NCBI GenBank assembly: GCA_036338595.1
Contig: JAYZBV010000077.1
Location: 1-64,000, forward strand
DNA length: 64,000 nucleotides
Source: Planctomycetota bacterium
GTDB taxonomy: Bacteria; Planctomycetota; UBA8108; UBA1146
Direction of reading: 5' to 3'
The stretch's first letter is position 1, and each line of letters starts with the position of its first letter. The notes beneath the pieces are model-generated. The model was not told where the DNA came from and did no database searches. It saw only the letters and a program-made list of their open reading frames with translations. Positions 1 to 10,847 of the stretch are shown piece by piece. The translations under genes were made by a program, and so were the position numbers.

Positions 1-1
1 G

Positions 2-415
2 ATGATCATTCCGGTCGAGGGCGATTACACCTTCGGGATCGCGGTCAGTCCCGATGGGGACAAGATCTACGCCGCCAACAGCGGCTACCCCGGTCCCGCG
101 ATCGCGAACACCGTGAGCGTGATCGAGTTTCCGGCAGGGATGGTGAGCGGTCGCTTCGTCCGCGGAGATGCCAACGCCGATGGCGTGATCGACATCGGCG
201 ATCCGATCGCTCTGCTGGGATTTCTGTTCGGAGGAGGGGTCCTCAACTGTGCGATTGCCGGCGATACCAATGACGATGAACTGCTCGACATCGCCGATCC
301 CATCGCACTCCTCGCAGCGCTCTTCTCCGGCGCGCCGGAGCCCCCGGCACCGAGCAGTTGTGCGGCAGATCCGACGGCAGGAGGTCTCTGCTGTCTCGCC
401 GGCTGCGCACCCTGA
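2..415 (+). CDS. 5'-partial protein: end of a YncE-like beta-propeller plus C-terminal dockerin-like (paired EF-hand-like) module
   Basis: Runs in from the window edge. FGIAVSPDGDKIYAAN...NTVSVI resembles a propeller blade; it is followed by FVRGDANADGVIDIGDPIALLGFLF...C...GDTNDDELLDIADPIALLAALF...P..C..DPT. Confidence 0.75.
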   Translation: MIIPVEGDYTFGIAVSPDGDKIYAANSGYPGPAIANTVSVIEFPAGMVSGRFVRGDANADGVIDIGDPIALLGFLFGGGVLNCAIAGDTNDDELLDIADPIALLAALFSGAPEPPAPSSCAADPTAGGLCCLAGCAP

Positions 416-425
416 TGGGCGCTGC

Positions 426-1610
426 TCAGGAGGCGGATTCTCGATCCTGGATCAAACTTTCAATTTCTTGCTGAAGTTTTCCGAGGATCTCATCGTAGGG
501 GAAAGCACCGAGACTCTCTGCCCCGCGCTTGAGGTTGACGAAACTGGGAGCGCACCACAGGCCGAGATCGGCGTCATCGGTTTCTCCCGGGCCATTTACC
601 CGACACCCCATCACGGCGATGGTGATGTCGTGAGTGGAGTACTGCTCGGAGAGTTGCTTCACATCTTGAGCGAGATCGACGAAGGCCTCGTTCTCGACCC
701 GAGAACAGGAGGGACAGGAGATGATGTTGGGGCCGGAACGCTGGTATTGAACAACGCTGCGAACGCGGCCGGCTGCGATGTCCTTCAGGATCTGATGTCC
801 TGTATCGACCTCCTGGTACTTGAGTTCATTGGGAAGAGTCAGAGAAACGCGGATGGTGTCACCGATCCCCTGGGAGAGCAGTTGTTCGAATGCGACGCGC
901 GTCTTGATGATTCCATCGGGGGGAAGGCCGGCCTCTGTGACTCCAAGATGCAGAGGAACATCAGGTCGTTCGGCAGCAAATTGTCGGTTGGCGGCGATCA
1001 CCAGGTCCGGATCCGAATCCTTCAGGGAGACGACATATCGCTCAAATCCGATGGAGTCGAGGAACTCCACATGTTCCAGCGCGCTCGCCACCATCGGTGA
1101 AACAGAATCCCCCGCGGGCCAGGAATCTACCTTCGCCGGATCGACCGATCCACAGTTGACTCCGACCCTCAGGGCGGTGTCCGAGTCAGATGCCCAGCTG
1201 GCAATTCGCTCGACCTTATCCTGCCAGCAGACGGATGGTTCGTGGTGGTGGAGGTGGCCAGGGTTGTAGCGGATCTTGGCGACATGCGGGGCCAGGATCC
1301 TGGCCAATCGCCAGTTCTCTTGCAGGTCGACACAGATATTGGCATCGACCTGTTGGGCGATTTCGTTGGCTGCCTCGGCGTCCTTCTTTGAATCGACGGC
1401 GAGCCGTACGATTCCGGCACCTGCTTTCGAGAGCATCTGGGCCTGCCTGGCAGTGGTCACGACATCCCTTGTCGAGGTGGCACACATGCTCTGTACGACG
1501 ATCGGGTGAGGGCCCCCGAGCGAGGTGGTCCCGACCTGGATCGAGCGAGTGTCGTTTCGTGGCAGCAGATCGTCAGTGCGCAAGAACCCTCCTGTTGGCT
1601 CGTGGGACAC
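426..1610 (-). CDS. ispG: (E)-4-hydroxy-3-methylbut-2-enyl-diphosphate synthase (GcpE)
   Basis: Motifs [48 protein letters not shown] and [12 protein letters not shown] (4Fe-4S cysteines). Confidence 0.96.
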   Translation of the reverse strand: MSHEPTGGFLRTDDLLPRNDTRSIQVGTTSLGGPHPIVVQSMCATSTRDVVTTARQAQMLSKAGAGIVRLAVDSKKDAEAANEIAQQVDANICVDLQENWRLARILAPHVAKIRYNPGHLHHHEPSVCWQDKVERIASWASDSDTALRVGVNCGSVDPAKVDSWPAGDSVSPMVASALEHVEFLDSIGFERYVVSLKDSDPDLVIAANRQFAAERPDVPLHLGVTEAGLPPDGIIKTRVAFEQLLSQGIGDTIRVSLTLPNELKYQEVDTGHQILKDIAAGRVRSVVQYQRSGPNIISCPSCSRVENEAFVDLAQDVKQLSEQYSTHDITIAVMGCRVNGPGETDDADLGLWCAPSFVNLKRGAESLGAFPYDEILGKLQQEIESLIQDRESAS

Positions 1611-1760
1611 GATGCCCCGCTGCAGATGGTCTACCAGGCGGGAGGCATCAGCAAGCAGAACAAACGAGACCGATCGCGCTTCCAGAGCATCGAACTGGAC
1701 TGCGCCGCCGACGGCTCTGGAGTATGCTGTGAGTGACCAGCAGCCAGGCAGGGGGGAAAT

Positions 1761-1997
1761 GTGCGCATCGATCGAATCGGACGATTGTCAGCAATTCCGC
1801 TGCTACTCAGTGTGCTTCTGTGGCTATTTCCTGGCCAGACCCAGGGCCCTGCAGACTCACCCGATGCGATCGGTAGCATCGATGTCTGGCATCCGGGCAT
1901 CGAGTTACCGCTGATGGGCCTGGCCAGCTCGCTGCTGATCATCATCGTGCTTCGAGGCCAGGATCAACTTCAGGCGCGTGCTCACCGAAGCTGGTGA
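1761..1997 (+). CDS. Small putative membrane protein (78 aa)
   Basis: GTG start after a purine-rich GGGGGAA; two hydrophobic segments ([15 protein letters not shown] and [14 protein letters not shown]). No family recognised. Confidence 0.35.
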   Translation: MRIDRIGRLSAIPLLLSVLLWLFPGQTQGPADSPDAIGSIDVWHPGIELPLMGLASSLLIIIVLRGQDQLQARAHRSW

Positions 1998-2294
1998 AGT
2001 GCCCGCAACTCGAGCGGGCGACGTGCGGAAGATGCCTGTGCACCTCGTCAGCGGCTGTTCGGGGCCACCTCTGTCAAGGGTTCCTGAATTGACGATTTCA
2101 TGGTCAAATAGACGGGTTCAGCGATTTACCCCCCCATTCGGGTTCCGTGGCATGGCTGTCACGATGGGGTCGGTCGAGAACGAGTCCTTCCCGGGTGTGA
2201 TGATTCCCATGTGTGATCAGTGTCTTCGGAGGGACCAGGATCTGAAGCGGATTCTCCATGCAGATGCCGTGAAGATCTTGAGGAGGTGTCGGTG

Positions 2295-4373
2295 ATGACG
2301 ACAGCACGACGGCCGATCAGGCTTCCGGTGATGACTCATCTGGTCTGGGTCATTTGTCTGGGCATCTCCTTCTGCTTCCCTTCCGATGTGCAGGCCCAGT
2401 TCAGTGAGCCCATCCTGCTCACCGATGGGATCGATGCCGTCTCCGATGCGCAGATCAATCTGGACACCAGTTGTCCCGGTTGCTCACCGCAACAGGTTTC
2501 GCTCTGTGCCAGGTCCAGCGATCAGATTCACTTCAGTGGTACCTTGCTCCAGTTCGAGACGATGATATCGGCCCTCGACTCCGCCAATGAGGTCGGATCA
2601 CCCTCTCTGACCCAGGGATTTGCGGCGCATTACCTCATCACTCTCGACGAGGGGGTGTCTGGCGGGCCAAGAACCATCTACCTGATAGAGAGTTTCGCAA
2701 CGGGGTTTGGAGATCCCGTGCAGATCAGTTCCTCAACGGATGATTGCCATGACTCCGACATCGAGATTCTCGACAGTGGGCACCGGGTCATCAGCTGGAC
2801 CTGTTCTGGTGCCAGTGGTGACAGTATCTGGATGAAGTATGGCGAGAGTCCAGCGGCAGAAGTTGGACCTGGAGTGGCGAGCCAGGTGCTTTCCGTGGGT
2901 GGCGATGCCACCTTGATCGTTTGGCTCGACGGATCGGTGCTGCGTGCTCGTCAGGTGGATTCTGGATCGATGGGGATGGCCTTTGATCTCTACGATATGC
3001 TCATCGTGCCGTTGCACTGGAGTATAGAGTCGGATGCTTCTGGCAATCTCCTGATCGCTACTCTGCTCGATGATCAACTCTTGCTCCTCGAGGGATCGAC
3101 TTCAGGCGGCATCACCAGCCAGCAAGTGATCAGCAACCGAGGAACAGGCACTTCACATCTAACCTTCACCAGCCTGTCGCAGCAGCGGTACTGCATCTCG
3201 TGGATTCAGGCCGGCATGATCCAGCGTCACTCCCTTCGGCCGGATGGATCCATCTCGACGGATGCACTGGATTTCATCGAAGGAGATCCCCAGGAAGTAG
3301 AAGTGGCGATAGATGCCGCCGGCAACGAGCACTTCATGGTGATCTCCGATGGTGAAGCGTGGTACACGCATGATACGCCTGCACCCACGGCTGACTTCGT
3401 CATCACCAGCGATGACGATGGAATCGCAGATCACACCGTCTCATTTCATTCCGACAGTACCGGAATGATATCGAGTCACCTCTGGGATTTTGGTGATGGG
3501 GAGTTCAGTTCCATGCCCCAGGGAGAGCACACCTATGTTGAGCCAGGGAACTACATCATCTCGCTGACGGTTACTGGACCCGGAGGTACCGATACGATGG
3601 TGTCCTCCGGTCCCATCGTGGTCGCTCCTCCTGCAACTTCGATGGCTCTAGCCGACATCGAGGTCTTTGCCGGGCAACCTGTGTTCCATCCGGTTCTTGG
3701 AACACATGAAAACTTCCTTCAGGGGTATCAAATTGCGCTTCGATACGATGCCACGATTCTCGACATGGCAGAGATCTCCCTGGAAGGGACCCAGGCTCAG
3801 GCGCTGATGCCGGAGTTCTTCATCACACAGATCAATCCAGCTGGTATCGACTCGACGATGTATCTGGCAGTCATCTTTGATACATTGCCGCCCTTTGATG
3901 GCAGGATGATGGAACCAGGTACTAATCAGACGCTTTGCACTCTTGACTACACCGTCCAGTTTGGGTTTCCCATGGGAACGTCGACGCAGATGACCTTCGC
4001 CGATGGAGTCGGAGATCCACCGATAAACACCATCTACGCCATCGAAGGGGGACTCTCCGAGGCTCCTTATCTGATCCATGGCACCGTGACCATCTCGCAA
4101 CAACCGCAGTTCCTGTTTGTCCGTGGGGATGCGAATTACAACCAGTCCGTCAATATTGCAGATGCCATCTTCCTGCTCGATTACCTGTTCATCGGAGGGG
4201 TTTCGAGCGTGTGTCCCGATGCTGCAGATTCCAACGACGACGGTTCGCTCAACATCGGAGACGCCATCAATCTGCTGAACTTTCTCTTTGCAAATGGCGA
4301 GACCATTCCCTACCCGTACCCAGGTTACGGCATTGACCCGACACCCGATGGACTCGCCGATTGCCTCCCCTGA
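2295..4373 (+). CDS. Secreted protein with PKD domain, cohesin-like domain and C-terminal dockerin-like module (692 aa)
   Basis: AGGAGG at 2281 before the ATG at 2295; signal peptide; PKD motif PTADF...WDFGDG...HTYVEPGNYIISLTVTGPGG; cohesin-like LQGYQIALRYDATIL; FVRGDANYNQSVNIADAIFLLDYLF...DAADSNDDGSLNIGD. Confidence 0.82.
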   Translation: MTTARRPIRLPVMTHLVWVICLGISFCFPSDVQAQFSEPILLTDGIDAVSDAQINLDTSCPGCSPQQVSLCARSSDQIHFSGTLLQFETMISALDSANEVGSPSLTQGFAAHYLITLDEGVSGGPRTIYLIESFATGFGDPVQISSSTDDCHDSDIEILDSGHRVISWTCSGASGDSIWMKYGESPAAEVGPGVASQVLSVGGDATLIVWLDGSVLRARQVDSGSMGMAFDLYDMLIVPLHWSIESDASGNLLIATLLDDQLLLLEGSTSGGITSQQVISNRGTGTSHLTFTSLSQQRYCISWIQAGMIQRHSLRPDGSISTDALDFIEGDPQEVEVAIDAAGNEHFMVISDGEAWYTHDTPAPTADFVITSDDDGIADHTVSFHSDSTGMISSHLWDFGDGEFSSMPQGEHTYVEPGNYIISLTVTGPGGTDTMVSSGPIVVAPPATSMALADIEVFAGQPVFHPVLGTHENFLQGYQIALRYDATILDMAEISLEGTQAQALMPEFFITQINPAGIDSTMYLAVIFDTLPPFDGRMMEPGTNQTLCTLDYTVQFGFPMGTSTQMTFADGVGDPPINTIYAIEGGLSEAPYLIHGTVTISQQPQFLFVRGDANYNQSVNIADAIFLLDYLFIGGVSSVCPDAADSNDDGSLNIGDAINLLNFLFANGETIPYPYPGYGIDPTPDGLADCLP

Positions 4374-4591
4374 TCTGAGATCCCGCTTCGGATTCATTCT
4401 GGAAGCACATGAAGTAGTTCCCACCCTCCTGGCCATTGCCTGTGCCCGATCCGTCTATATCAGCATGTCAGAATCGAGATCTGGTCCGTGTCAGAATTGC
4501 TGTTCCTCTGGAACAGTAGCGACTCCCTGTATCTAATACGGTCCCGGAACCGATTCGTGGAGGATCGGTTCCTCCGGCAAGGAGGATCAGA

Positions 4592-6154
4592 GTGAAGTTT
4601 CTGCGCAGCCATCTGATGGGCAAATGGATGGAGCCGGAAGAGGATTCCGGAGTTCATGTCATCGATCCAACCACCGAGGAAACGCTTGCGGCAGTGAGCA
4701 GTGCTGGAGTTGATTTCAAGGCAGCCGTGGACTATGCACAACTCGAGGGTGGAAGAGCGCTGCGTGAGATGACATTTGCCGAGCGCGGTGAGTTGCTCAT
4801 TGCGATGTCAAAAGCGATCCACAGCAGGCGAAACGAACTGCTGGAGTTGTCGATGCGGAGCTGTGGGAGTACGCGCAAGGACTCCAAGTTTGACATCGAT
4901 GGGGCTACCGGGACGCTGTACCACTACGGCGCTCTTGGAAAAGAACTCGGGGAAGCGCATAGACTTGCGGATGGTGAGGGAGAGCCGCTGGGGCGTAGTG
5001 CCATCTACTGGGGTCGGCATGGGCGTGTTGCAAAAGATGGTGTTGCTGTTCACATCAACGCTTTCAATTTTCCAGCCTGGGGATTTGCCGAGAAGGCTGC
5101 AGCCGCGATCCTTGCCGGGATGCCCGTCATCACCAAACCTGCTTCCAGCACATCCATCGTTACCGAGAGTTGCATCGAGGCAGTGGTGGAATCCGCTGTA
5201 CTACCCGATGGAGTGCTGGGGTTGATCTGCGGATCGATCGGCGACCTGTTCGACCACCTGACCGGTCAGGATGTGGTTGCGTTTACAGGATCTGCAGCGA
5301 CGGCGTTTCGCATCCGATCGAATGAGAATCTGCTGCGGCAGTCCACTCCGATCAATATCGAGGCCGACAGTCTCAATGCGGCCATCCTGGCTCCGGATGT
5401 GGAGCCAGGCAGTGAACTGTGGCGCCTCTTCGTCAGGGAGGTGACCAGGGAAGTGACGCAGAAGAGTGGCCAGAAGTGCACTGCAGTGCGGCGAATTTTG
5501 GTGCCGCACGACAGCATCTCGGATCTTCATCGAGACCTCTGCGAGGAACTGGCGACCAGGGTGGTTGGAAACCCCTTCGAAGAAAGCGTCAACGTGGGTC
5601 CGCTGGCAACATCGGATCAACTCAGCAGCGTGTTGGAGGGAACGGCAAGTTTGCGCGAGGTGGCCGATCTTGTCGCTGGAAGTGGCGAGAGGGTGGAGGG
5701 CATCGGTGCAGAGCCGGGCAAGGGTTATTTCTTCGCTCCGACCCTGCTGCAACTCAGAGATGGTGATTCCGATGACCTCATTCATGACCTCGAGGTGTTC
5801 GGCCCTGTCTCGACGATTTGTCCCTACGACGGCGAGGCTGCCACGGCGGCCTGTCTCAATAGCAAGGGCAAGGGGACGCTGGTGACCTCCGTGTACAGCG
5901 ATCAGGAGCAGTGGACCTTTGATCTTCTGCGGCGCTGTGGAGCATGGAGTGGACGCTTCTACCTGGCCTCGGAGAAGATGATCAGCCAGGCACCAGGATC
6001 GGGAGTGGCGTTGCCGCAGTCGGTGCACGGTGGTCCCGGAAGGGCGGGTGGTGGCGAGGAACTGGGCGGGATCAGAGCTCTCGATCTCTATACCCAGCGT
6101 GTCGCATTACAGGGATCCCGTCGATCCGTGGAAAGTTTCCTGTCGGAGCGGTAG
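4592..6154 (+). CDS. PaaZ-N/BoxD-type aldehyde dehydrogenase (3,4-dehydroadipyl-CoA semialdehyde dehydrogenase-like), no MaoC domain
   Basis: GVAVHINAFNFPAWG, KPAS, FTGSA, catalytic EADSLN and GQKCTA, EVFGPV, and the family-typical HGGPGRAGGGEELGG. Confidence 0.88.
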   Translation: MKFLRSHLMGKWMEPEEDSGVHVIDPTTEETLAAVSSAGVDFKAAVDYAQLEGGRALREMTFAERGELLIAMSKAIHSRRNELLELSMRSCGSTRKDSKFDIDGATGTLYHYGALGKELGEAHRLADGEGEPLGRSAIYWGRHGRVAKDGVAVHINAFNFPAWGFAEKAAAAILAGMPVITKPASSTSIVTESCIEAVVESAVLPDGVLGLICGSIGDLFDHLTGQDVVAFTGSAATAFRIRSNENLLRQSTPINIEADSLNAAILAPDVEPGSELWRLFVREVTREVTQKSGQKCTAVRRILVPHDSISDLHRDLCEELATRVVGNPFEESVNVGPLATSDQLSSVLEGTASLREVADLVAGSGERVEGIGAEPGKGYFFAPTLLQLRDGDSDDLIHDLEVFGPVSTICPYDGEAATAACLNSKGKGTLVTSVYSDQEQWTFDLLRRCGAWSGRFYLASEKMISQAPGSGVALPQSVHGGPGRAGGGEELGGIRALDLYTQRVALQGSRRSVESFLSER

Positions 6155-6214
6155 CACTCGAAACAGACACAGCGCGGACGCAGCCTCCAACTGGCGTGAG
6201 AATGCGGTCAACAG

Positions 6215-6250
6215 AACAGCCTGTAGACCCTCTGGGGCCTACAGGCTGTT
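6215..6250. terminator. Hairpin between the convergent aldehyde dehydrogenase and fusA genes
   Basis: AACAGCCTGTAG-(12 nt)-CTACAGGCTGTT, a 12-bp perfect inverted repeat with only short U tracts. Confidence 0.6.
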
Positions 6251-6284
6251 TCCGAAGTATCCGATCTGTTGACGATCCGCGGCG

Positions 6285-8369
6285 TTACTTCTTTGCTTCC
6301 TTCTCGGCGCGGAACTTCGCGACCAGTTCCTCCTGTACATCCCGAGGTGCCGAAGCGTAACAATTGAACTCCATGGTGAACTCTGCCTTGCCCTGGGTTA
6401 CTGACCGCAACGCAGTTGCATAACCAAACATCTCGGCGAGAGGGACATCAGCATCGATACGAACGAAGCCCTGCTCATCCACGGTGCCGTTGAGAACGCC
6501 TCGCCGTTGAAGCAGTGTTCCGACCATGTCACCCTGGAACTCCGTGGGTCCTTCGAGGCTCACCGTCATCACCGGTTCAAGGACCTCTGGCTTCCCGGAC
6601 ATGTATTTTTCACGGAAGCAGCCACGGGCTGCAGCCTGGAACGCCATGTCGGATGAATCGACATTGTGGTATGCGCCGTCCATCAACACGACCTCGAGTC
6701 CATCGATCGGAGCCCCGATCAGCAACCCGGTATCGAGACTCTGAGAGAAGCCCTTCTGTACCGATGGGATGTACTCCCGCGGTATATTTCCTCCCGTGAC
6801 CTTGCTATCGAAGGAGTACTCACCATCTTCACTCGGCGCCATGGTTCCGATGATCCTGCCGAACTGACCCGATCCACCGGTTTGCTTCTTGTGTGTGTAA
6901 TCAAACTCGACCAGGCGGGTGATTCGCTCACGGAAGGCGACCTGCGGGGCACCGACCTCGACCTCTGCCTTGAACTCCCGCTTCATTCTCTCGACATAGA
7001 CTTCCAGGTGAAGTTCTCCCATTCCAGAGATGATGGTTTCACTGCTGGCTGGATCAAAGGCGACCCGGAAGGTCGGATCTTCCTTGGTGAAGCGCTGAAG
7101 CGCCTTGGACATGTTATCTGTGGCTTGTCGGTCGACCGGCTTCACCGCAAGGTGAATCACCGGTTCCGCAACATGCATCGACGAGAGAACAAATTCCGTT
7201 CCCTGGGAACGGAAAGTATCTCCGGATGCACAATCGATTCCGAACAGGGCAACGATGTCTCCCGCACCAGCTCGGTCGATTTCGTCCATGTTGTCGGAGT
7301 GCATTCGAACGATCCGACCCAGTTTCACCTTCTTGCCGGTACGAGCGTTGTAGACGAACTCGCCCTTGACCAGTTCCCCCTGGTAAACCCGCACATAGGT
7401 CAACTGTCCGTAAGCGCCATCTTCCAGCTTGAAGGCGTAGCAGAGCAGTTCATCATCATTACTGTTGGTGACGGGGATGGTATCTTCCTCGTCATCCTGG
7501 TGGATTGCGATGTTCTCGACATCGGTGGGGCAGGGGAGGAATGCGTTGACTGCGTCCATCAGCGGTTGAACACCCTTGTTCTTGTATGCGGACCCACAGA
7601 ACACCGGGCACAATTCCAGTGAGATGACTCCCTTACGAGTGGCTTCGACGATCAACTCCTCGGTGACTTCACCCTCGAGCATCGCTTCCATCAGCTCATC
7701 GGAGAACATCGAGATGGCATCGAGCATCACTTCTCGGCGGTGATCTGCCTCCTCCTGCATTTCCGCTGGGATTTCGTCAATGCGAACTGTCTCTCCGTTG
7801 TCACCTTCGAAGTAAAGTGCTTCCATCCGGATCAGATCGACGACCCCCTTGTGATCATTTTCCAATCCGATCGGAAGCTGGAACATCACGGAGTTGAGAC
7901 GCAATTTTTCGCGGAGTTGGTCACAGACCTTGATCGGGTCAGCTCCTGTGCGGTCGCACTTGTTGACAAATGCGAGTCGGGGCACATTGTAACGTCGCAT
8001 CTGGCGGTCGACGGTGATCGACTGGCTCTGAACGCCGGAGACGGCACAGAGGATCAGGATCGCTCCATCGAGCACTCGCAGGGCTCGTTCTACCTCCACG
8101 GTGAAATCGACGTGTCCCGGTGTATCGATGATGTTGATGTGCTTGTCGTTCCACACGAGATATGTCGCTGCAGACTGGATGGTAATGCCACGTTCGCGCT
8201 CTAGGTCCATCGAGTCCATGGTGGCACCGACTCCGTCTTTTCCTCGAACCTCATGGATGGCGTGGATCCGGTCGGTGTAGAAAAGGATTCTCTCGGTGAG
8301 TGTTGTTTTTCCACTGTCGATGTGGGCGCTGATGCCGATGTTGCGCATCTCGCGGATGTCTAGGCTCAT
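6285..8369 (-). CDS. fusA: Elongation factor G
   Basis: [77 protein letters not shown]. Confidence 0.97.
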   Translation of the reverse strand: MSLDIREMRNIGISAHIDSGKTTLTERILFYTDRIHAIHEVRGKDGVGATMDSMDLERERGITIQSAATYLVWNDKHINIIDTPGHVDFTVEVERALRVLDGAILILCAVSGVQSQSITVDRQMRRYNVPRLAFVNKCDRTGADPIKVCDQLREKLRLNSVMFQLPIGLENDHKGVVDLIRMEALYFEGDNGETVRIDEIPAEMQEEADHRREVMLDAISMFSDELMEAMLEGEVTEELIVEATRKGVISLELCPVFCGSAYKNKGVQPLMDAVNAFLPCPTDVENIAIHQDDEEDTIPVTNSNDDELLCYAFKLEDGAYGQLTYVRVYQGELVKGEFVYNARTGKKVKLGRIVRMHSDNMDEIDRAGAGDIVALFGIDCASGDTFRSQGTEFVLSSMHVAEPVIHLAVKPVDRQATDNMSKALQRFTKEDPTFRVAFDPASSETIISGMGELHLEVYVERMKREFKAEVEVGAPQVAFRERITRLVEFDYTHKKQTGGSGQFGRIIGTMAPSEDGEYSFDSKVTGGNIPREYIPSVQKGFSQSLDTGLLIGAPIDGLEVVLMDGAYHNVDSSDMAFQAAARGCFREKYMSGKPEVLEPVMTVSLEGPTEFQGDMVGTLLQRRGVLNGTVDEQGFVRIDADVPLAEMFGYATALRSVTQGKAEFTMEFNCYASAPRDVQEELVAKFRAEKEAKK

Positions 8370-8613
8370 TCCAATTTCTCCTCGGGACAGGGTCCCGTTA
8401 GTTGCTGGCTCGTTCCAGCCCGGCAGCGTCCCTGCAGGGCACGAGACTCGCTCTGGGAGCCTCGAACCACGAGGATAGCGTTGAGGTGCTTGCGTGTAGA
8501 CAGATTCTGAAGGGAATGATCGAGGGAATCATCCGCAGCGAAATCGCCCCCGAAGGTAGCAAATGTGGGCCACAGCAGTGCTTGCGGCCTCCGCGGCAGG
8601 TCAGGAACAGGGA

Positions 8614-8976
8614 TCAAGAATCCTGGGATCGGGGAGGGATGGGCCAGCGATCGGCGGGAAGTACGTTTTTACCGCTCGAAGCAGGCTGATAGCGCAACTC
8701 CGAGAGCGGCGAGTCGTTGAGGATGGGGCCTTCCAGCAATCGGACCGCGTCTGCCTCCGTGACCCCGCAGTACCAGGTTCCGTCGGGCTCGATGGCGACC
8801 ATCGGGCCATGCCCACACTGTGCGAGGCAGCCCGACTTGACGATGCGGATCCTGTCCTGGAGTCCAGCTCGGGTCACTTCCTGGCGCAAGGCATCGCAGG
8901 TATCGAGCGATCCCTGTCGAGGACAACTTCGTCCATGGACACAGACGAACACCAGTTTCTGGTAAGGGCGAGCCAC
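8614..8976 (-). CDS. Thioredoxin-like [2Fe-2S] ferredoxin (120 aa)
   Basis: VFVCVHGRSC...KSGCLAQCGHGPMVAIEPDGTWY gives the four-Cys pattern. A GTG start at 8976 lies 4 nt downstream of the upstream gene's stop. Confidence 0.85.
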   Translation of the reverse strand: MARPYQKLVFVCVHGRSCPRQGSLDTCDALRQEVTRAGLQDRIRIVKSGCLAQCGHGPMVAIEPDGTWYCGVTEADAVRLLEGPILNDSPLSELRYQPASSGKNVLPADRWPIPPRSQDS

Positions 8977-8980
8977 CGAT

Positions 8981-10588
8981 CTACTCTTCGTGCAAGAGTC
9001 GGTTGATGATGGTGCGATACAGACCCTCATCCCAGAACATCGGGTCGATCACCTCCCACTGAATCAAACCATCTGCATCGATGGCCAGAAGCAGCGTGCC
9101 GCCGTGAGATCCAAGGTGCCGTTCGATGACTCCGGCTTCCTGTCCCGGTTGCACACCATAGGCCCAGCCGAGTAGGTGCTTGTTAGCGATGGCCGCCATC
9201 GAGGCGGCTTCCCTATCAGCACGCTCCTTGCGCAGGACGGAACTGATCCAGACGACACGAAGGCCGCGGGATGAGTATTCAAGTTCCAGTTTTTTCAGCA
9301 ATGCGATGAACCGGGCCTGGCGGCCACCTGCGCGACTCGAATCGCACAGAAGTCGCAATTCGATGGTCTTGTCCGGATCCATCTCCGGGGGAGGTTGAAC
9401 CCACTGCAATCCATCGAGTGGCGGGGCTTTCTTTCCGTGCAAGACATCGACGCGCTGCGCCATCGGGATCGACTGGAAGTCGAGATAGGTCTTTGTTGCC
9501 ATCGAGATCACTTCGCCACTGTTGATCCTTGTGTTGAGCGAATCGTTGAAGTCGAGAAACGCCCTCAATGCCAACTGACGCTCACCCAGTGCGAGCTGGT
9601 AGAAGCCTTCATAGAACCCGGCACGATCCGCGATCAGCCGGAAGTCGTTTTCCTTGCCGGTGGGAACTCGCCACTTTGCTTCGACACCTGGAATGGAGAT
9701 GGCTCCCCCCGATGCTCCGGCTCGTAGCACCGGTCCCCAGAGGCGCCATAGATCCCTGCCCTTCCTGAGCAGCCCCAGGTGGCGATGCGCCTTGTGGGTG
9801 AAGTAGACCAGATGTGGCAGGAATGGTGACCGAGGATGTTTCGCGAGTGTTTCGTTCCCCGCCTTGAGCATGTCACTGTAGCGTTCTGCAATCTCCAGAG
9901 ATTCGATCAACTTGATTCGCATCTCGTTGACGTCTTCCAGAGACGTGTCGAGTCGGAGTGCTCTCATGAACGCATCTGCAGATCCAGATGGGTTCCGCAT
10001 CTTGAGCAAGCAATCTCCAAGCAAGACCTCGAGCCGGCAGCGAAGACTCGGTTTCATCTCTGTTTCGAGTGCCTGCCTGGCCAACATTTCGACCTCGACG
10101 AGATACGTGAACTGTTCACTGAGGCGCTGCTCTGACGTCAGGGGCGCTCCAAATATCTTTGCTTCCTCATTCAACTCGCCAACATGGCGGTCGACATTGA
10201 GCACCAGCATCCGGCCCAGATCACAGAAAACGCCTGGATGGTCAGTTCCATCGGGGTGATCAGAGACATACTTGCGGCCGGCGGCGATCCCTTCATCCAG
10301 GATGAGAAAGATCCGGGGCAAGTCATCGCGCTTGAGGGTTCGGGGGTCGGGGATCGACTGCAGCTTTTCGTGTACGTACTGCGCCAGTTCATCGGCGGAT
10401 TTCTCGTCGAGATGGCTTGCGACCGTCTTTGACGGGTCTTGAGGGTTGGCAGTTGTTTGTCCCTGTCCAGGTAGACACAGCAGGACAAGCAGCAACATGA
10501 CCATCGACAGCATGACCATCGACCCGGGGAATATCTTCCTACCGGTGAATCGATGTGAATCGTCTCCACGGCAACGGCGCAGTTCCAT
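8981..10588 (-). CDS. Exported TPR-like helical protein with a degenerate C-terminal TlpA/redoxin-like domain
   Basis: Hydrophobic signal segment (true start may be downstream); helical repeats (LLGDCLLKM...AFMRAL); C-terminal GKKAPPLDGLQW...GLRVVWIS...LLAIDADGLIQW without a CxxC motif. Confidence 0.6.
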   Translation of the reverse strand: MELRRCRGDDSHRFTGRKIFPGSMVMLSMVMLLLVLLCLPGQGQTTANPQDPSKTVASHLDEKSADELAQYVHEKLQSIPDPRTLKRDDLPRIFLILDEGIAAGRKYVSDHPDGTDHPGVFCDLGRMLVLNVDRHVGELNEEAKIFGAPLTSEQRLSEQFTYLVEVEMLARQALETEMKPSLRCRLEVLLGDCLLKMRNPSGSADAFMRALRLDTSLEDVNEMRIKLIESLEIAERYSDMLKAGNETLAKHPRSPFLPHLVYFTHKAHRHLGLLRKGRDLWRLWGPVLRAGASGGAISIPGVEAKWRVPTGKENDFRLIADRAGFYEGFYQLALGERQLALRAFLDFNDSLNTRINSGEVISMATKTYLDFQSIPMAQRVDVLHGKKAPPLDGLQWVQPPPEMDPDKTIELRLLCDSSRAGGRQARFIALLKKLELEYSSRGLRVVWISSVLRKERADREAASMAAIANKHLLGWAYGVQPGQEAGVIERHLGSHGGTLLLAIDADGLIQWEVIDPMFWDEGLYRTIINRLLHEE

Positions 10589-10847
10589 TTAATAACCTTC
10601 CAGTCGGCCAGACAGCGATCGAGGGGGGAATGGGGCGCTCCACCTTGGCCACGGTCTCCAGGCAGGATTATTCCCATGAGCATGGTATCACATCGGCACG
10701 ATTGTTCGGAACGGAGCTGAACTCATGTGGCCAGGAAGTCGGTCCAATAGCTGAACAATTCTGGACCTCGATGGTACGATGATGCGTGTCAGGGAGATTC
10801 AAGGCCCGACGGGCGAGAGATCTGGACCCGAGTGAGAGGTACTGGAG

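Noticed and set aside
6666..7622. Long antisense/alternate-frame ORFs (also 249-1100, 46274-47542, 57371-58747, 35219-36268)
   Set aside because: They shadow well-supported genes and lack motifs; expected in high-GC coding DNA.
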